64,000 nt of DNA from assembly GCA_002269645.1 (NCBI GenBank), contig NIVC01001010.1:186001-250000 (forward strand), in the 5' to 3' direction. This stretch comes from Macrostomum lignano. Taxonomy: Eukaryota. The translations under genes were made by a program, and so were the position numbers. The notes under the pieces are model-generated. The model was not told the DNA's origin and searched no databases. It worked only from the letters and a program-made list of their open reading frames with translations. Positions 22,346-33,826 of the stretch are shown in pieces. Position 1 is the first letter of the stretch; each line of letters starts with the position of its first letter.

Positions 22346-23599
22346 GATACGAGTTATACACGCAATATACGTGTATTTAAGATCAGAACCCAGTCAAAAG
22401 TTTCAATGGGTGGCTTATAGTGAATTGTTATGTGACGTACGATATTAAACTACTGTTCCTTACCTTCTTCGCTTTGGTTTCACTTTGGTTCATCGCTACC
22501 AGAGATACTAAAATAACTAGATGGGCCACTCAGGCATATATAACTTAGTAAAATAGCTTTCTACTTTAAGTTCAGTAGTAAAGAAGAATATATAAGCTAT
22601 TTTATGAAAATAAAGGCAGCTGAAATGACTTTGATAATTTTAGAAGCCCAAGCTTGCAGGCGTAAACAGCTTGCTAATTGGTTCAGCCATAATGTACATT
22701 AGCCAGTCCACTGAAATGTACATGGCAGCTTTAGGCTGGAATTCCGAGAAAGGCAATAAAAATTGGGGCGGGGCGGGGGGGTGGTGGGGGGTTGGAAGGG
22801 CGCCAGTTGGAGGGTTTAAGCTGTCGGGTGAGAGCCAATAAATGAGCTTTGGCTTTAAAAATGCTTTAAAATGCTTTTGATTTACTACTACTACTAGTAA
22901 TAGTAAATTACTAGTACTTACTGAAAGTAGCTTACACGCAAATGTGCTGAGTGGGCCATCTAGTTACTCTAGTATCTGTGGTCGGTACTTGATCAATAGG
23001 GACTGCGACAAGTTGATGCCTGATTTTATCAGCTTAGAATTTGTTGTCATTGCTTATACTCTTTCTGATTCACTTTGTTAGTTAATACTACTAGTACGGA
23101 GTATCGTATATAGGCCTCTATATTGATTTCTGTTGACGTCAGTTTCTCTAAAGCAGATGCCTTTCCTTGCCAGAGTATGTTATAGTTATTTTATAATAAC
23201 TCGTACATGAGTTCTTTTTATGGCGTTCTATCTATAACACAATTTCTGTAAAGTTTCTAGTATCAGTTATATTTATAGTGTACTTTCGCTTCCTTTTTAA
23301 ATACAATATTGTTAATATTTTCGGTATGCCAATCATTCCAGTCAAGTGGTATTTCAATTTGACTTCAATTGCCAGTCTTACAGTATATCTAATGTTAATT
23401 ATTTAGAATGTGCGTTCAACTTTGCGCTTTTACTGGGTAGTCAATTTCACTTTCACTTTAATCCCACAATATTTGAAAGCGTATTTGTGCTAGCTATTGT
23501 ACGCTCGCATAGTGGGCACTTCTTCAAAATAATATTATGACGCTAGACTGTAAATATAGCGATTTGTTCGAAAACTTCCGAATTCGAAGTTATTTATAA

Positions 23600-23909
23600 C
23601 TAGCAATCTATGCCCCCCGTTGGGGAGCCAAAGAAATGCAATACACGTTTTTTTAATAAGCTACATGTATCCTTGAAATCTTAAAAAATCTCCTGTCAAA
23701 CCTTGTAAGCCTTGACATGTCAGTAATCCCCCCACAAGCTTTAACATATCAACTCCCCCCCCCCTTGACATCTCAGCAATGCCCCCAATAAGCCTTGAAA
23801 ATCTAAAAATATCTGTCAACCTTCTAACCCTAGCCTTAACCCTAACCCAGCCCTAACCCTAACCGTAACCCTAACCTTAACCCTAACCTAGCCCTAACCC
23901 TAACCCTAA
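23600..23909 (-). mobile_element. Helitron-like non-autonomous element with minisatellite and telomere-like array
   Basis: Minus strand: (TTAGGG)-like array, ~30-bp minisatellite related to 2211-2395, then CCCC-AAC-GGGGGGCATAGATTGCTAG|T. Confidence 0.4.
23824..23909. repeat. Interstitial degenerate (CCCTAA)n
   Basis: About 14 hexamers with variants. Confidence 0.9.
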
Positions 23910-24841
23910 GTCTTCCAGCCAGTCCTCCAGCGTGCAGATCCCAGTGTTGTAAAGCAGTTGTAAAGTTCTCGACCACCGCCTGGATCAACGTGCATACGTT
24001 TGTGTCGTTAAAGAAAGGAAATTGAATACTCGATTTTCTATTATTGTTAATTAAGCTAGCCAAGTTTTAAAATTTATGCGATATAATAGTCTTGTGTTCG
24101 AAAGATTTAAAGGTCACAATGTCAGCCAGTATAGCGCATCCGTTCGGCTGGATTCATATTCGTAATTATTAAAATCTGGCCCGGATTGGTTGCTCCCGCG
24201 GTTTCATTTGAAGGAAGCCCAGATGCAAATTGGATTGTTGAAAATGCATCATCTGATCCGGTTAAGAAATAAAGTCTATACCAGACCAGAGCCACATAAT
24301 TGGGAATCCAGACTTATTCTAGTGTCTGTCTTCCAGTCAATTAGTCATATCATAATTCTTGTTAACCTCAGCATTAATACCAGCAGTCCTGTAGAGTAGC
24401 AAGATTTGCTACCAAAAGACGATGGTTTATATGCCTGCAACGCACATGGAATGAGCACACGGCCGTGTGGTCTGAAACAGGCGACAGATAACAAGTGCGC
24501 AGAGGCAAGGTGCTCATTTCAGTAAAACGCACACAGAGCTCCTCAGTTCGCAGCCGTGCTTGTTCGCAAAACAACTCTGCTGTACATTAATAAGAATCAA
24601 GACAAACTTCCTTTCCTCGGATTGGAGCTAGATAATTATTGAGTGACCTGCGTATCTTGCGGCAAGATTCACTTAGCGGCAGAGCAGAGCTACATATATT
24701 TAGCTCATGCTTTTGCGTCCGTTATATAAATCATATAAAGTAGATAGTCCATAGCATTGCCTATGCCACTGCACTAAAGCATTCTTGGTCGGTCAGAGTC
24801 AAAAGACTGAAGCTACGAGCTAAACTCATATTGGAAGAAGA

Positions 24842-27306
24842 ATGGGCCAGTGTTTCGCTCGATTGATTGGCAGACTTCCTAGTACGCCGTCTGAGTCACG
24901 CGCTGTTTCGTCGGACATCCCATTGGAACCCACTCCACGCATGAAAACGTTGTTCGCGTATACCGCCCAAACACCCGGCGACTTGTCGTTCGAGAAAGAC
25001 GAAATCTTGTACTTCGAGCGTGAGGACGTCGAAGGCTGGTGTTGGTGTCGCAACAAAGACGGCGAAACCGGCTTCGTACCGTCAAATTTTGTGCAGCGCC
25101 TCGATCTCGGACCGGAGTCCCTGCCTTGCTGGTTTGACGTCGACCGTCACGAGGCGATGAGTAACTTACTGATGCCAGGCTACAAGCCGGGCACCTACCT
25201 GCTGCGGCCTTGCTACCAGCAAAGAGTAGTTGCTAAGTACACTCTGAGCGTTCGATCCGAAGTGCTTAACGAGAATACCGGTGAAATGCGACCAACAGTA
25301 AGTCACTACATGGTGAAAGCGATGGACAATGGCGGATACTACATATCGCCAAGCAACAGATTTGACGGAATGGCTGACCTGCTGGAGTACTACAAGGAGC
25401 CGGGCCGCGGTCTTGCTGCGCCTCTCAGTTTGCCCTGCCCGAAGGTGTGGGTGCCCCCGGCCCAGTTCCGCGACTTTGAGGTGGAACGAGAGCGGATCAC
25501 TATTCTTGAGAAGCTGGGCAGCGGATCATTTGGAGAGGTTTGGCTTTTATGTAGCTGTTGTAGGAGCTTTTTTCGAACAATTCTGATCATTCTGGTCCGA
25601 GTACAAGGCTCGCAGGACCTGACAGTTAAAAAAAGATTTAAAATTTAGAGCAAGAATTTTAACCAAATTGACATTTCCAATTGACCGCTTGTCCGTCAAG
25701 AATTTATCTGCATTTATCTGGAGCTGCATATCCTTATAAGAAAAAAGGCTTCAGGGAGACGGATAGGTGAAGATAAAGTTCAATTAGCCTATTTAAATTT
25801 GTAAAGCCATGCAATGGTTGGAGTTTCCTTTTTTGGTCCGAGTTCAACGCGACACACTTGCTCTGATAAAAGCGCGCAGAAGTTACTGCACTGTGCTTTC
25901 AACTATAAATGTAATTGAGAGGACAGACACCAGATAGCTAGTTGTACCTACGCAGTTCTACTGTATATAGCTACATGTGTATTAATATTACTACTACTTA
26001 ATTGGCTCTAAGATAGCTGGCAAACCTACTGAGGCGTCTAAAAACAAACTAAGCGGCAAGCGGTTTTAAGTTTTTAGACATGACTGGTTCACTAATTTTA
26101 GCAACCAGGAGCAGCAGCAGTAGCACCGCTGTAAATCTTGTAGGGTCTATAAGTTTACGTTTTCGTTTTTTGTATAGTTAAGAAGTCTAAACTGCTTTGC
26201 ATAAATAACAGCCAGATAGTTTAACTTGAATTTTAAAGCATTTTCACTAAGAATAGCGAGTTGAATAATTGGCCTTGTAGAGATTAAAATTACTGCTTCT
26301 ATCAATTCTATAATTCTGTATCTTTTTTCAAGCTCCGTTTTAAAAACATGCCAGAATTTTGTACACTTTTTTGCTTTTTAGTACGCATCTCGAAAATGCA
26401 AACAATCAACATTTTAAGAGTACAATCTACAATATGAGTACCAAAAGAGTTAGCTATGAGTACATGCTTAAATCCACACAATAAGTCAGTCTGCTCTACA
26501 CGTCTTGCTCGCCTTTCATATCTTAGGTGTACAAAGCCCAGCTCGGCCGGAGGCAGATGGTGGCCGTGAAGACCATGACCGAGGGAGCCATGCGCAAGGA
26601 GGAGTTCCTGAGCGAAGGCCGCACTCTGCACAAGTTGCACCATCCGAAAATAGTGCAACTGCTGGGCGTGTGCACCAAAGACGACCCCATCTACATCATC
26701 ACCGAGTTCATGCCTAACGGTGACCTGAAGAATTACCTGATGAAGGATCGCGATGTCGGTAAAATCACATTTGAAGTCATGGTGACCATGTTGAGCCAGA
26801 TTGCCGAAGGCATGGAGTACCTGGAGACCAAGAGCTTCGTCCATCGAGATTTGAGGGCAGCCAACATTCTCGTTGGTCACAACTTTGTGGTTAAAGTAGC
26901 CGACTTCGGTCTGAGCAAGTTTCTAGAAGAGGACGTTTACTCAGTAGCAGTGGAGAACAAGTTTCCTGTGAGATGGACAGCACCGGAGGCTGCTCAGTCC
27001 ATGGAAAATTTTACAATCAAATCAGACGTTTGGTCATACGGCGTACTGATCTACGAGGTTGTTACCAGGGGCGCAGTTCCGTACGCAAACATTCCAAACA
27101 AAGACATTATCACCAGAGTGTCTAAAGAGAAATACCGGATGCCGAACCCTAGAAGTCTGGACAACGAGAACGACGATCATGTGTACAAATTGATGCTGGA
27201 CTGTTGGCACGAGAGGCCCGAAGACAGGCCGACCTTCGCCAGGCTGAAGGACATTTTCCAGACCTACAAGACCCAGTTTGAGAACCAATATTCTCAAAAC
27301 GATTGA
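24842..27306 (+). CDS. Src-family non-receptor tyrosine kinase (SH3-SH2-kinase), 491 aa
   Basis: Exons 24842-25537 and 26527-27306 (phase 0, GE|VYKA). MGQC acylation signal, SH3 (LFAY..DLSF..W..GFVPSNFV), SH2, GSGSFG, VAVK, HRDLRAANIL, DFG, KFPVRWTAPE, tail ENQY. Confidence 0.95.
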
Positions 27307-28239
27307 TTGACACACTCTGTTCTGACTAGGCTCAATTCTGCTCATAGAGACACTTCAAGTTTTCTTTGCTTCCTGTTGATCATCTGATCAAGACACTGCG
27401 ATTGCTTTCTGGTGTCTGGCCTTACGAAATGAAATTTTTGAGTAAAATTGATGATTGCTAGCTTCATCACTAGAGAGCAATAGTGTAAATCTTAGGATCT
27501 CAGACTGGGACTCAGCTCAAAATCGGGTTCAGGTTGTCTGATAAACCAGACTGAATGAAGCAATTCATTTTGTCAAATGAAAATTAAAATATTGTTAAAG
27601 AGCTACTTTTTACTTAAAAAGCGACACCCTTGTCAATAAAACTTATTCCAGGTAAGCGGAATAATTAGGCTTCCTGTTTTGCTTTATAATCCATGTCACC
27701 TTCTGATTTTTTTGTCGCCAATTCGAAAATTATGAGACAGTGCTCAGAAAATGTTCAGTTCTGGCTCCTTCTTCTTAATTTGGTTTATTCAGATGGTATT
27801 TCAATTTTTATGTGACTTCAGTCATATCTTTAGTTTCTAGAGAAGAGTTTTCTATGCGTGCACGTTTTATATTTATCTACAAATACTTCATTATACTATG
27901 AATTCAAATGAATCCGTTCCTGCGTGCAAGTCGCACGGTATGACTGCATAAAATTGTCAGCTCAAAGTTAAAATAATCATTCCACACTAGTTATTTCTGT
28001 TTATCACTGCGTGTGTGTCAGAATTCGCTGTTTAAATAATGAAAATATAATTGCGTTAACTGATTGCTTCAAATTTGTTGAAGTCGATATTTTAAAGACA
28101 GTGTTGCATCACGCATTGCCAGATCCTATTTGCATCCTATTTTTCAATAGAAAATGCCCCCTCGGCTGTAGTAGTTGAAGTTCAGACAGAGAGATACATA
28201 GGCTCGTAGAATAGATACATAGATACATACCGGTAGAAT

Positions 28240-28860
28240 AACAACAACAGCAACTACAGAATATGCAGTTGCGTCACAGGGCAGGTCGCGAATGAACGCC
28301 ACGCCGCCGGCCGAATCCGGGGCGCCGGCGTCAGCCAGCAGGCAGTCGGCGCGGATGATGTGGCCTGCCAGCTGGAGTCGCCGACGGCGCAACAGGTCGC
28401 TTGGACGGACCAGGCCGGCGCGGCGATACAAAGCCGCGTTGGTCACTCGCTCGTAGCCGATCTTGAAGGCGGCGCGCAGCAGGTCAGCGTGCGCCGCGTC
28501 AACTTGTTGCTCGAGCGACTCCGTCAGCGTCCAGGTCTCGGCGTTGTACAGCAGGACGGTCTCGATCACCGCCTGGAACAACGCCGCTCTCTGGCGATCA
28601 GGTAAGGCCTCGGACTGCAGGACTTCCCTCACAGGCAGCCCAGGAAAGCCTGCGGCGACGCCGCAAATCCTCGCGGATGCCGGGAACCAGACTGCCGAGG
28701 TAGACGAACTGCTGACAAGGCGGAAGCTCTGTCGCCTCAGCGCCTCGGCACAAAATCGCAGCCTCGATGTCGTCCGGCACGACGGTCTGCTGCGTGTTGA
28801 CCACCAGGCCGACACTCACTCGACAGTTGAGGACAGCAGGGCAAGGTCGTCGGCGTAGCA
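28240..28860 (-). mobile_element. 5'-truncated RTE-type LINE with internal deletions
   Basis: Begins at YADDLALLSSTVE. Homologous to 464-1239. (GTT)-rich tail. Two internal deletions. Confidence 0.85.
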
Positions 28861-28972
28861 TACATACGCTCGTGCATACATGGAATAGATACATAGAATG
28901 GATGCATAGATGCATAGAATAAATACATACATACGAACATACATACATACATTATACATACATACATATACA
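28861..28972. repeat. (CATA/TACA)n compound microsatellite
   Basis: Seen directly in the sequence. Confidence 0.85.
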
Positions 28973-29039
28973 TTGATGAATAATTCTTGCTCAAGCTTGG
29001 AATTGCGTGTCTCAGATCCTACGATGCTTCTTTGCAAAA

Positions 29040-29225
29040 CGTTTTCCTTCAATATCCTTGCCATCTTGGGGATGTTTTCTATCCTGGATGTTTGCCATCA
29101 TAGGGATGTTTTCCATCCTGGATATTCGCCATCCTGGATATTTGCCATCCTGCAGGATCTTTGCCATCCAGGGGATGTTTTCCATCCGGGATCTTTGCCA
29201 TCCATGATGTTTGCCAGCAAGACGA
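29040..29225. repeat. Degenerate short repeat (TTTGCCATCCTGGA / GGGATGTTTTCCATCC)
   Basis: Repeated CCATCC-containing units. Possibly the interior of a MITE. Confidence 0.55.
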
Positions 29226-29446
29226 TTGCTAGCAGGATTGGATTTTTCTAGCGTTATTTCGGTATGTTTCAACAGGTTACACAGGTCATACACCTGCCGC
29301 ACATGAATTTCCCATTTATTTGTTTATAAAATTCTCTGAATACGAGCCATTAAGCAGTTTGCCTGAGCTGTATTGAAAACATATACACGAGTACGTAGTA
29401 CGCACTATTAACTATGGAATTTTGTTTCTAAGCGAGGTAAAAAGTC

Positions 29447-30277
29447 TCAAGCCTCCTCTTGGTGACATTCAAAAGCAGACAGGCTAATAAAACGCCGATT
29501 CCGACCATGCCGACGGTGCGCCCTGTGAAAGGCGCTGGTGACCGCGGAGACGAGACGCCGGCTTGTGTCAAATGAATCGCACAGGTAGGCATGACAGGTT
29601 GGGTTGATTGCCGAGGCTCCTCCAGCTGCGATGTCAACTGATACTAGACAAAGGATGCGAGGCTTGCTGGGACAAACGGCTACATACGACAGCGACTCGG
29701 TTGGAAAAAATACAGTCGGCGTTGAGCCGTTGGTGCTGCGCTCGTCAGAACCAGAGGTTGCGGTGGTTCCGGATTGACGCAGCTTTTGGTCAGTAGGCAA
29801 AGCAGCGACTCTAACGCCTTTTGACCGAACGCGCAGTCTCCAAACTGGCAGGCCATGTGTTCTGTTAGGACACAGAGCCGCCGCTTCGACTAGCCGTTCA
29901 GTGGGGCCAATGATGCTAGCAACGCCCTGCAGTCCGTCAGCTGGGGCAGCTCCCAGCGGCTTTACAGATGCTTCAAATGGCAAGTTTGGTGGTTCAATCG
30001 AGGTAGTTGCCACATCTGCGCCTTTGTTTGGCAAAGGTTTTTCTTTGCCTTCGAACAGTCGACGCACAGGGTTCCAGATCTTTGCTGGGCGAGACTGCCC
30101 GGTGCTTCCGGAAGGCAGCTGATTCGATTCGCTCCGCGTCGAGCTTTTCCCCAGATACTCTTCTTCATCAATTTCTGGCTGAGTAGAATCCGAGCTGGGT
30201 TTCATATCGTTTCGTTCTGAGCTCTTGAATGTTTTCTGTGCACTTATGTCATTCAACTTCAACGCAGCAGCAGTTGT
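29447..30277 (-). CDS. PTB/PID-domain adaptor protein (terminal exon)
   Basis: FEASVKPLG...LSYVAVCPSKPRILCLV...CHAYLCDSFDTSRRLVSAVTSAF matches the PTB fold pattern. Pyrimidine tract + CTAG acceptor at 30278-30281 immediately upstream in frame. Confidence 0.75.
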   Translation of the reverse strand, partial: TTAAALKLNDISAQKTFKSSERNDMKPSSDSTQPEIDEEEYLGKSSTRSESNQLPSGSTGQSRPAKIWNPVRRLFEGKEKPLPNKGADVATTSIEPPNLPFEASVKPLGAAPADGLQGVASIIGPTERLVEAAALCPNRTHGLPVWRLRVRSKGVRVAALPTDQKLRQSGTTATSGSDERSTNGSTPTVFFPTESLSYVAVCPSKPRILCLVSVDIAAGGASAINPTCHAYLCDSFDTSRRLVSAVTSAFHRAHRRHGRNRRFISLSAFECHQEEA

Positions 30278-32340
30278 CTAGCAGCGGCAGGAATGGAGGC
30301 AACTTAGACTGTTCGTAGCTATATTGGATTTGCTACTGCATGCTTTTTGACTCGATCTATACATTCACAGTGTATACAATTGTAACAGTGTAACAATATT
30401 CGATTTCCTCGCTACTGTGCGTGCGCTGTTTCTGCTCTTTTGGGCGGATCAGCTCTCTTGATTGCAATGTACATTTCACACCCAGCCCATTTCGGAAGCA
30501 CCTGTTTCGATCAGCCGGTCCTCATTCTCCAACCAACCCTTACTCCTGCATGATTTCGATCCTACTATATAGCTACCGATCGCATTTCTGCTGAAACGCT
30601 AGCCTATAGCAGTTTGTATGTCAAAGTTAGCTTTAAATAAAAAGTAAACTGTTTGAAGGATTGCGCATAAGTAGGTAGGTATAGGTAGATCTACAAGCAC
30701 GCGTGTCTATCAGTGTACATGAAGCTCATATACCTCTTATGTACAATACATACGTTAAGCTTTTCATATTGCCAATTCCAGAATCAGAATCGGTTCGGAT
30801 CTTCCAAGAAAAACAGCAGTATTTATTTAATTCTGTTGAATGTTTGACTGCCTTGAACAGCCTCACTTTGCACGATTTTTCACTTTCTTCTTGGCGATTG
30901 TCATTCAATAATAAAAACTTTATAGCACGTATCTCCCTCTAGTTATGGAGACAAAAAGTTATACTTCACAAATTGGTTCTGGTTCTGGAACCAGAGCAAG
31001 CAATATGAAAAGGCCCCGTGTAGATATACATGTGTGAGAGAAAGACAAACAGTTTGCGACGCAACTGAGTCTGAGTGTGATTTCATTGTCTTGTGCCTGC
31101 AAATGCAAGTCTTACAGTTCTAAAGTTCGTACAGTTTAATCCTAAATCTGCACACAGTTTAATCCTAAATCGTACAAGTAATTCAAACAGCTTCAATCAA
31201 ATAAATATAGTTTCTATATTTAATTGAAAATGCAAGCCACCGGTGCATATATGCACTCATTTTTGTACACAGTTGATCTCGGATTACACGCACTTGCTTC
31301 AGCTGCAAGAAATACAGTACATAACCCTCCGATCGTACATACTCGTGTATGTAAATCATGGATAACAGAAGGGTAGAATGGTGTAGTGCATCGATGAGAG
31401 CTGGAGGTCGTCGGTGCAGATCAAACGTTTGAGTATATGTAGAGAACGCATAGCGCTAAATGGTGTTCCGCCATGGACAAATTTGGTCGAGAAAAATTCG
31501 ATTTGAATGCCTAGCTAGCTACTCGGTCATTAATGGGGAATTCAGGTTAGTTAAATTGCGTTAGCAACATGCATTTAAATGCACATGCACATGGTAAAGT
31601 TGATAGGTACGATCACCTCAGCAATAACTACAAGTAATTTAATGCTAATTTTCAGTATAAACACGGATAAATTATTACTTTTTATCCCTTCAATTTACAC
31701 ATATTTGATTAAACATTAAATTTCGTTTTTTAAAAAGTAGAAGTTCTATGAAAATAATCACCTGACTGCATGATGATCCGCTTCAGTTTCACCACCACAT
31801 TAACAATAGTGAAATTTGTACCTTAGGTTTAAAAGCAAATGAATAAGGTAGCTAATACAGATAATTTGACTAAAATAAATACTTACGATTTAAATTTGCA
31901 TTTATAATTTCATTCCAAAACGTCTGTACAATACAAATAACAGCTTGACTCTTGAGCCTAGCCTACTACGCCGCCTACTCTACTTAACTTTGTCTTTACA
32001 CATAACAATACAAAAACAACTAAACACTTCTGTTCTTACTTGTTTGCTTAGTTATAGCTTTATCATCAGCCTAAACTTACCTGTTTTCTAAATCTTAGTG
32101 GGCTGGCTGGCCAGGTTTAACCTGTATTGTATCTTTACTACTTAGTTATAATTTTGATAAATTTGCATTTCGAAGCCTCAATTGTGGCTCATCATCAAAG
32201 GTCGAGGAAAATATGAATGTTAACATTCTTTACTGTAAGTTTTAATTAAGTTAAGTTTAATCACTGTTTGTTTATATCTATATTTTTGTATATTATATTT
32301 TGCTTAAAAAGTAAACAGATGACTTAGATTTTTACCCATA

Positions 32341-32677
32341 TGTAATAGTGCTCAATTTGCGTGCGCGTGCACTTCTAGTGTTTTCTCCGTATTTCTTTCT
32401 GCGTCACCCCACCCCTGCGTATAGCCTTTTCTAGAAATTTCTTTTTGTTTCTGATTGGCTGAAAACGCGTGAATAACGAGCCCCAACCAATAGAGTGCTT
32501 AGTGCCTACCCTATCGGCGAAATCCGATTGGTTAGGATTTTCTAAGCTGCGTTTTTCACCCTGCCCTCCCCCATCGCGGTCAGTCTATTTAATCAAGCAA
32601 GCTGGAACGCAAATAAATCAAGTTTTTCTCTGACTAAAGAAGTCCCGGCAGTTAAAACTCAAGAATACGCGGCTACA
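32341..32677 (+). repeat. 5' LTR
   Basis: TGTAATAG...GGCTACA. No difference from the 3' LTR found by eye. Confidence 0.96.
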
Positions 32678-32678
32678 T

Positions 32679-32689
32679 TGGCGACCACG
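32679..32689 (+). promoter_or_regulatory. Primer-binding site TGGCGACCACG (probably tRNA-Arg)
   Basis: One base after the LTR. Complementary to a tRNA 3' end CGUGGUCGCCA, as recalled for Arg(TCG) tRNAs. Confidence 0.7.
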
Positions 32690-32701
32690 CCAGTTTTCCA
32701 C

Positions 32702-33826
32702 ATGTGGAATAACGACGACTACCTGGAACTACGTGGACGTCTCGTCGGACGACGGCGCAACGCAGGCGACGAGGCAGCTTCCGTTTCTACAGAGTCTACG
32801 AACGCGTCCAACCCCTTCGTGTCGATGACCACAGTCAGCGAAGCCACAAATCCCTTCCTCGTTGCCAACGACCTTCAGAGGGCACACTCGGCGGAAGTCT
32901 CAACCAACCCGTTCCTTGAAGACATCGACCAAGCGTCAGGGCAGGCCTCAGCAATGCAGCAGTACGCCTATCCTCCAGCTCACGGATACGCAGCGCTGCC
33001 AGACTACAATCCAGTACCGGCTCTTCCGCCAGTACCTAAGCCTGCACCGTACAACGGTCGGGAGGATTTCGACGACTTTCTCATCAGGATCAGCGCCTAT
33101 ATTAGCCGGTTCCCAGGCCTTCGAGACGCCGACAAGATCAACACCCTGACTGCGTTCCTCGGACCGGCTTTTGCAACGTACACCACCTGGCTGGCGATCC
33201 AGTGTGCCTACGTCGGACTGCCACCGGGGACAACCCTGGACCAGCTACCTGGTGTCCGCTATGAGGGCCTCGTTGAACACCTCCGGTCTCGTCACGGCGG
33301 GGCCAAGAGTGCAGCGTTACTTCGCCGCGAGTTCCGTGCTCGGCAGCGTCGACCAGAGGAGAGCTTCGAAACGTACCTGACGGAGCTTCAACGGCTAGCT
33401 GCAAGGGCATACCCGGACCCAAGAGCTCAGGCTTACGTCCAACAGACAGTTAGCGAGCAGTTCATGCATGGTCTCAATGACGGCTACGTCACCGAGCGAC
33501 TACTGAATCAACCAACACCACCAAGCACTGTGGAGCAGGTTCTACGAATAGCCCAGCAGCTTCGAGAAACCCGGGCCTACATGGATGCTGGCCGTGGCGA
33601 AATCCAGCCCCAGCAACCGAGACCACCACAGAGCCAACTTTCAGCGCCACCGAAACCACTAATGCCTCAGCAGCCTGCCTCATCTGGCGGTCGAGGACAG
33701 CAACGACAGCAATCACCGGCTAGTTCCAACTGTTTCGGCTGCGGTCAGCCGGGCCACATCCGACGCAATTGCCCAAACGCCGAGGGGGCTGGTTCACGAG
33801 GCCAGCACCGGCCCTCTCAGCACTAA
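32702..33826 (+). CDS. Gag with CCHC zinc knuckle
   Basis: First ATG at 32702. Capsid-like YNGREDFDDFL, QRRPEESFETYLTELQRLA; CFGCGQPGHIRRNC. Confidence 0.9.
   Translation: MWNNDDYLELRGRLVGRRRNAGDEAASVSTESTNASNPFVSMTTVSEATNPFLVANDLQRAHSAEVSTNPFLEDIDQASGQASAMQQYAYPPAHGYAALPDYNPVPALPPVPKPAPYNGREDFDDFLIRISAYISRFPGLRDADKINTLTAFLGPAFATYTTWLAIQCAYVGLPPGTTLDQLPGVRYEGLVEHLRSRHGGAKSAALLRREFRARQRRPEESFETYLTELQRLAARAYPDPRAQAYVQQTVSEQFMHGLNDGYVTERLLNQPTPPSTVEQVLRIAQQLRETRAYMDAGRGEIQPQQPRPPQSQLSAPPKPLMPQQPASSGGRGQQRQQSPASSNCFGCGQPGHIRRNCPNAEGAGSRGQHRPSQH

Noticed and set aside
23824-23909. True telomere
   Set aside because: Short, degenerate and flanked by ordinary DNA on both sides.
31007-31040. Candidate BAG1 first exon MKRPRVDIH (and ATGGCAG|GTAAGC near 39813)
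   Set aside because: The first has a phase incompatible with the 40915 acceptor; the second lacks the expected first UBL strand. Not resolvable without transcripts.
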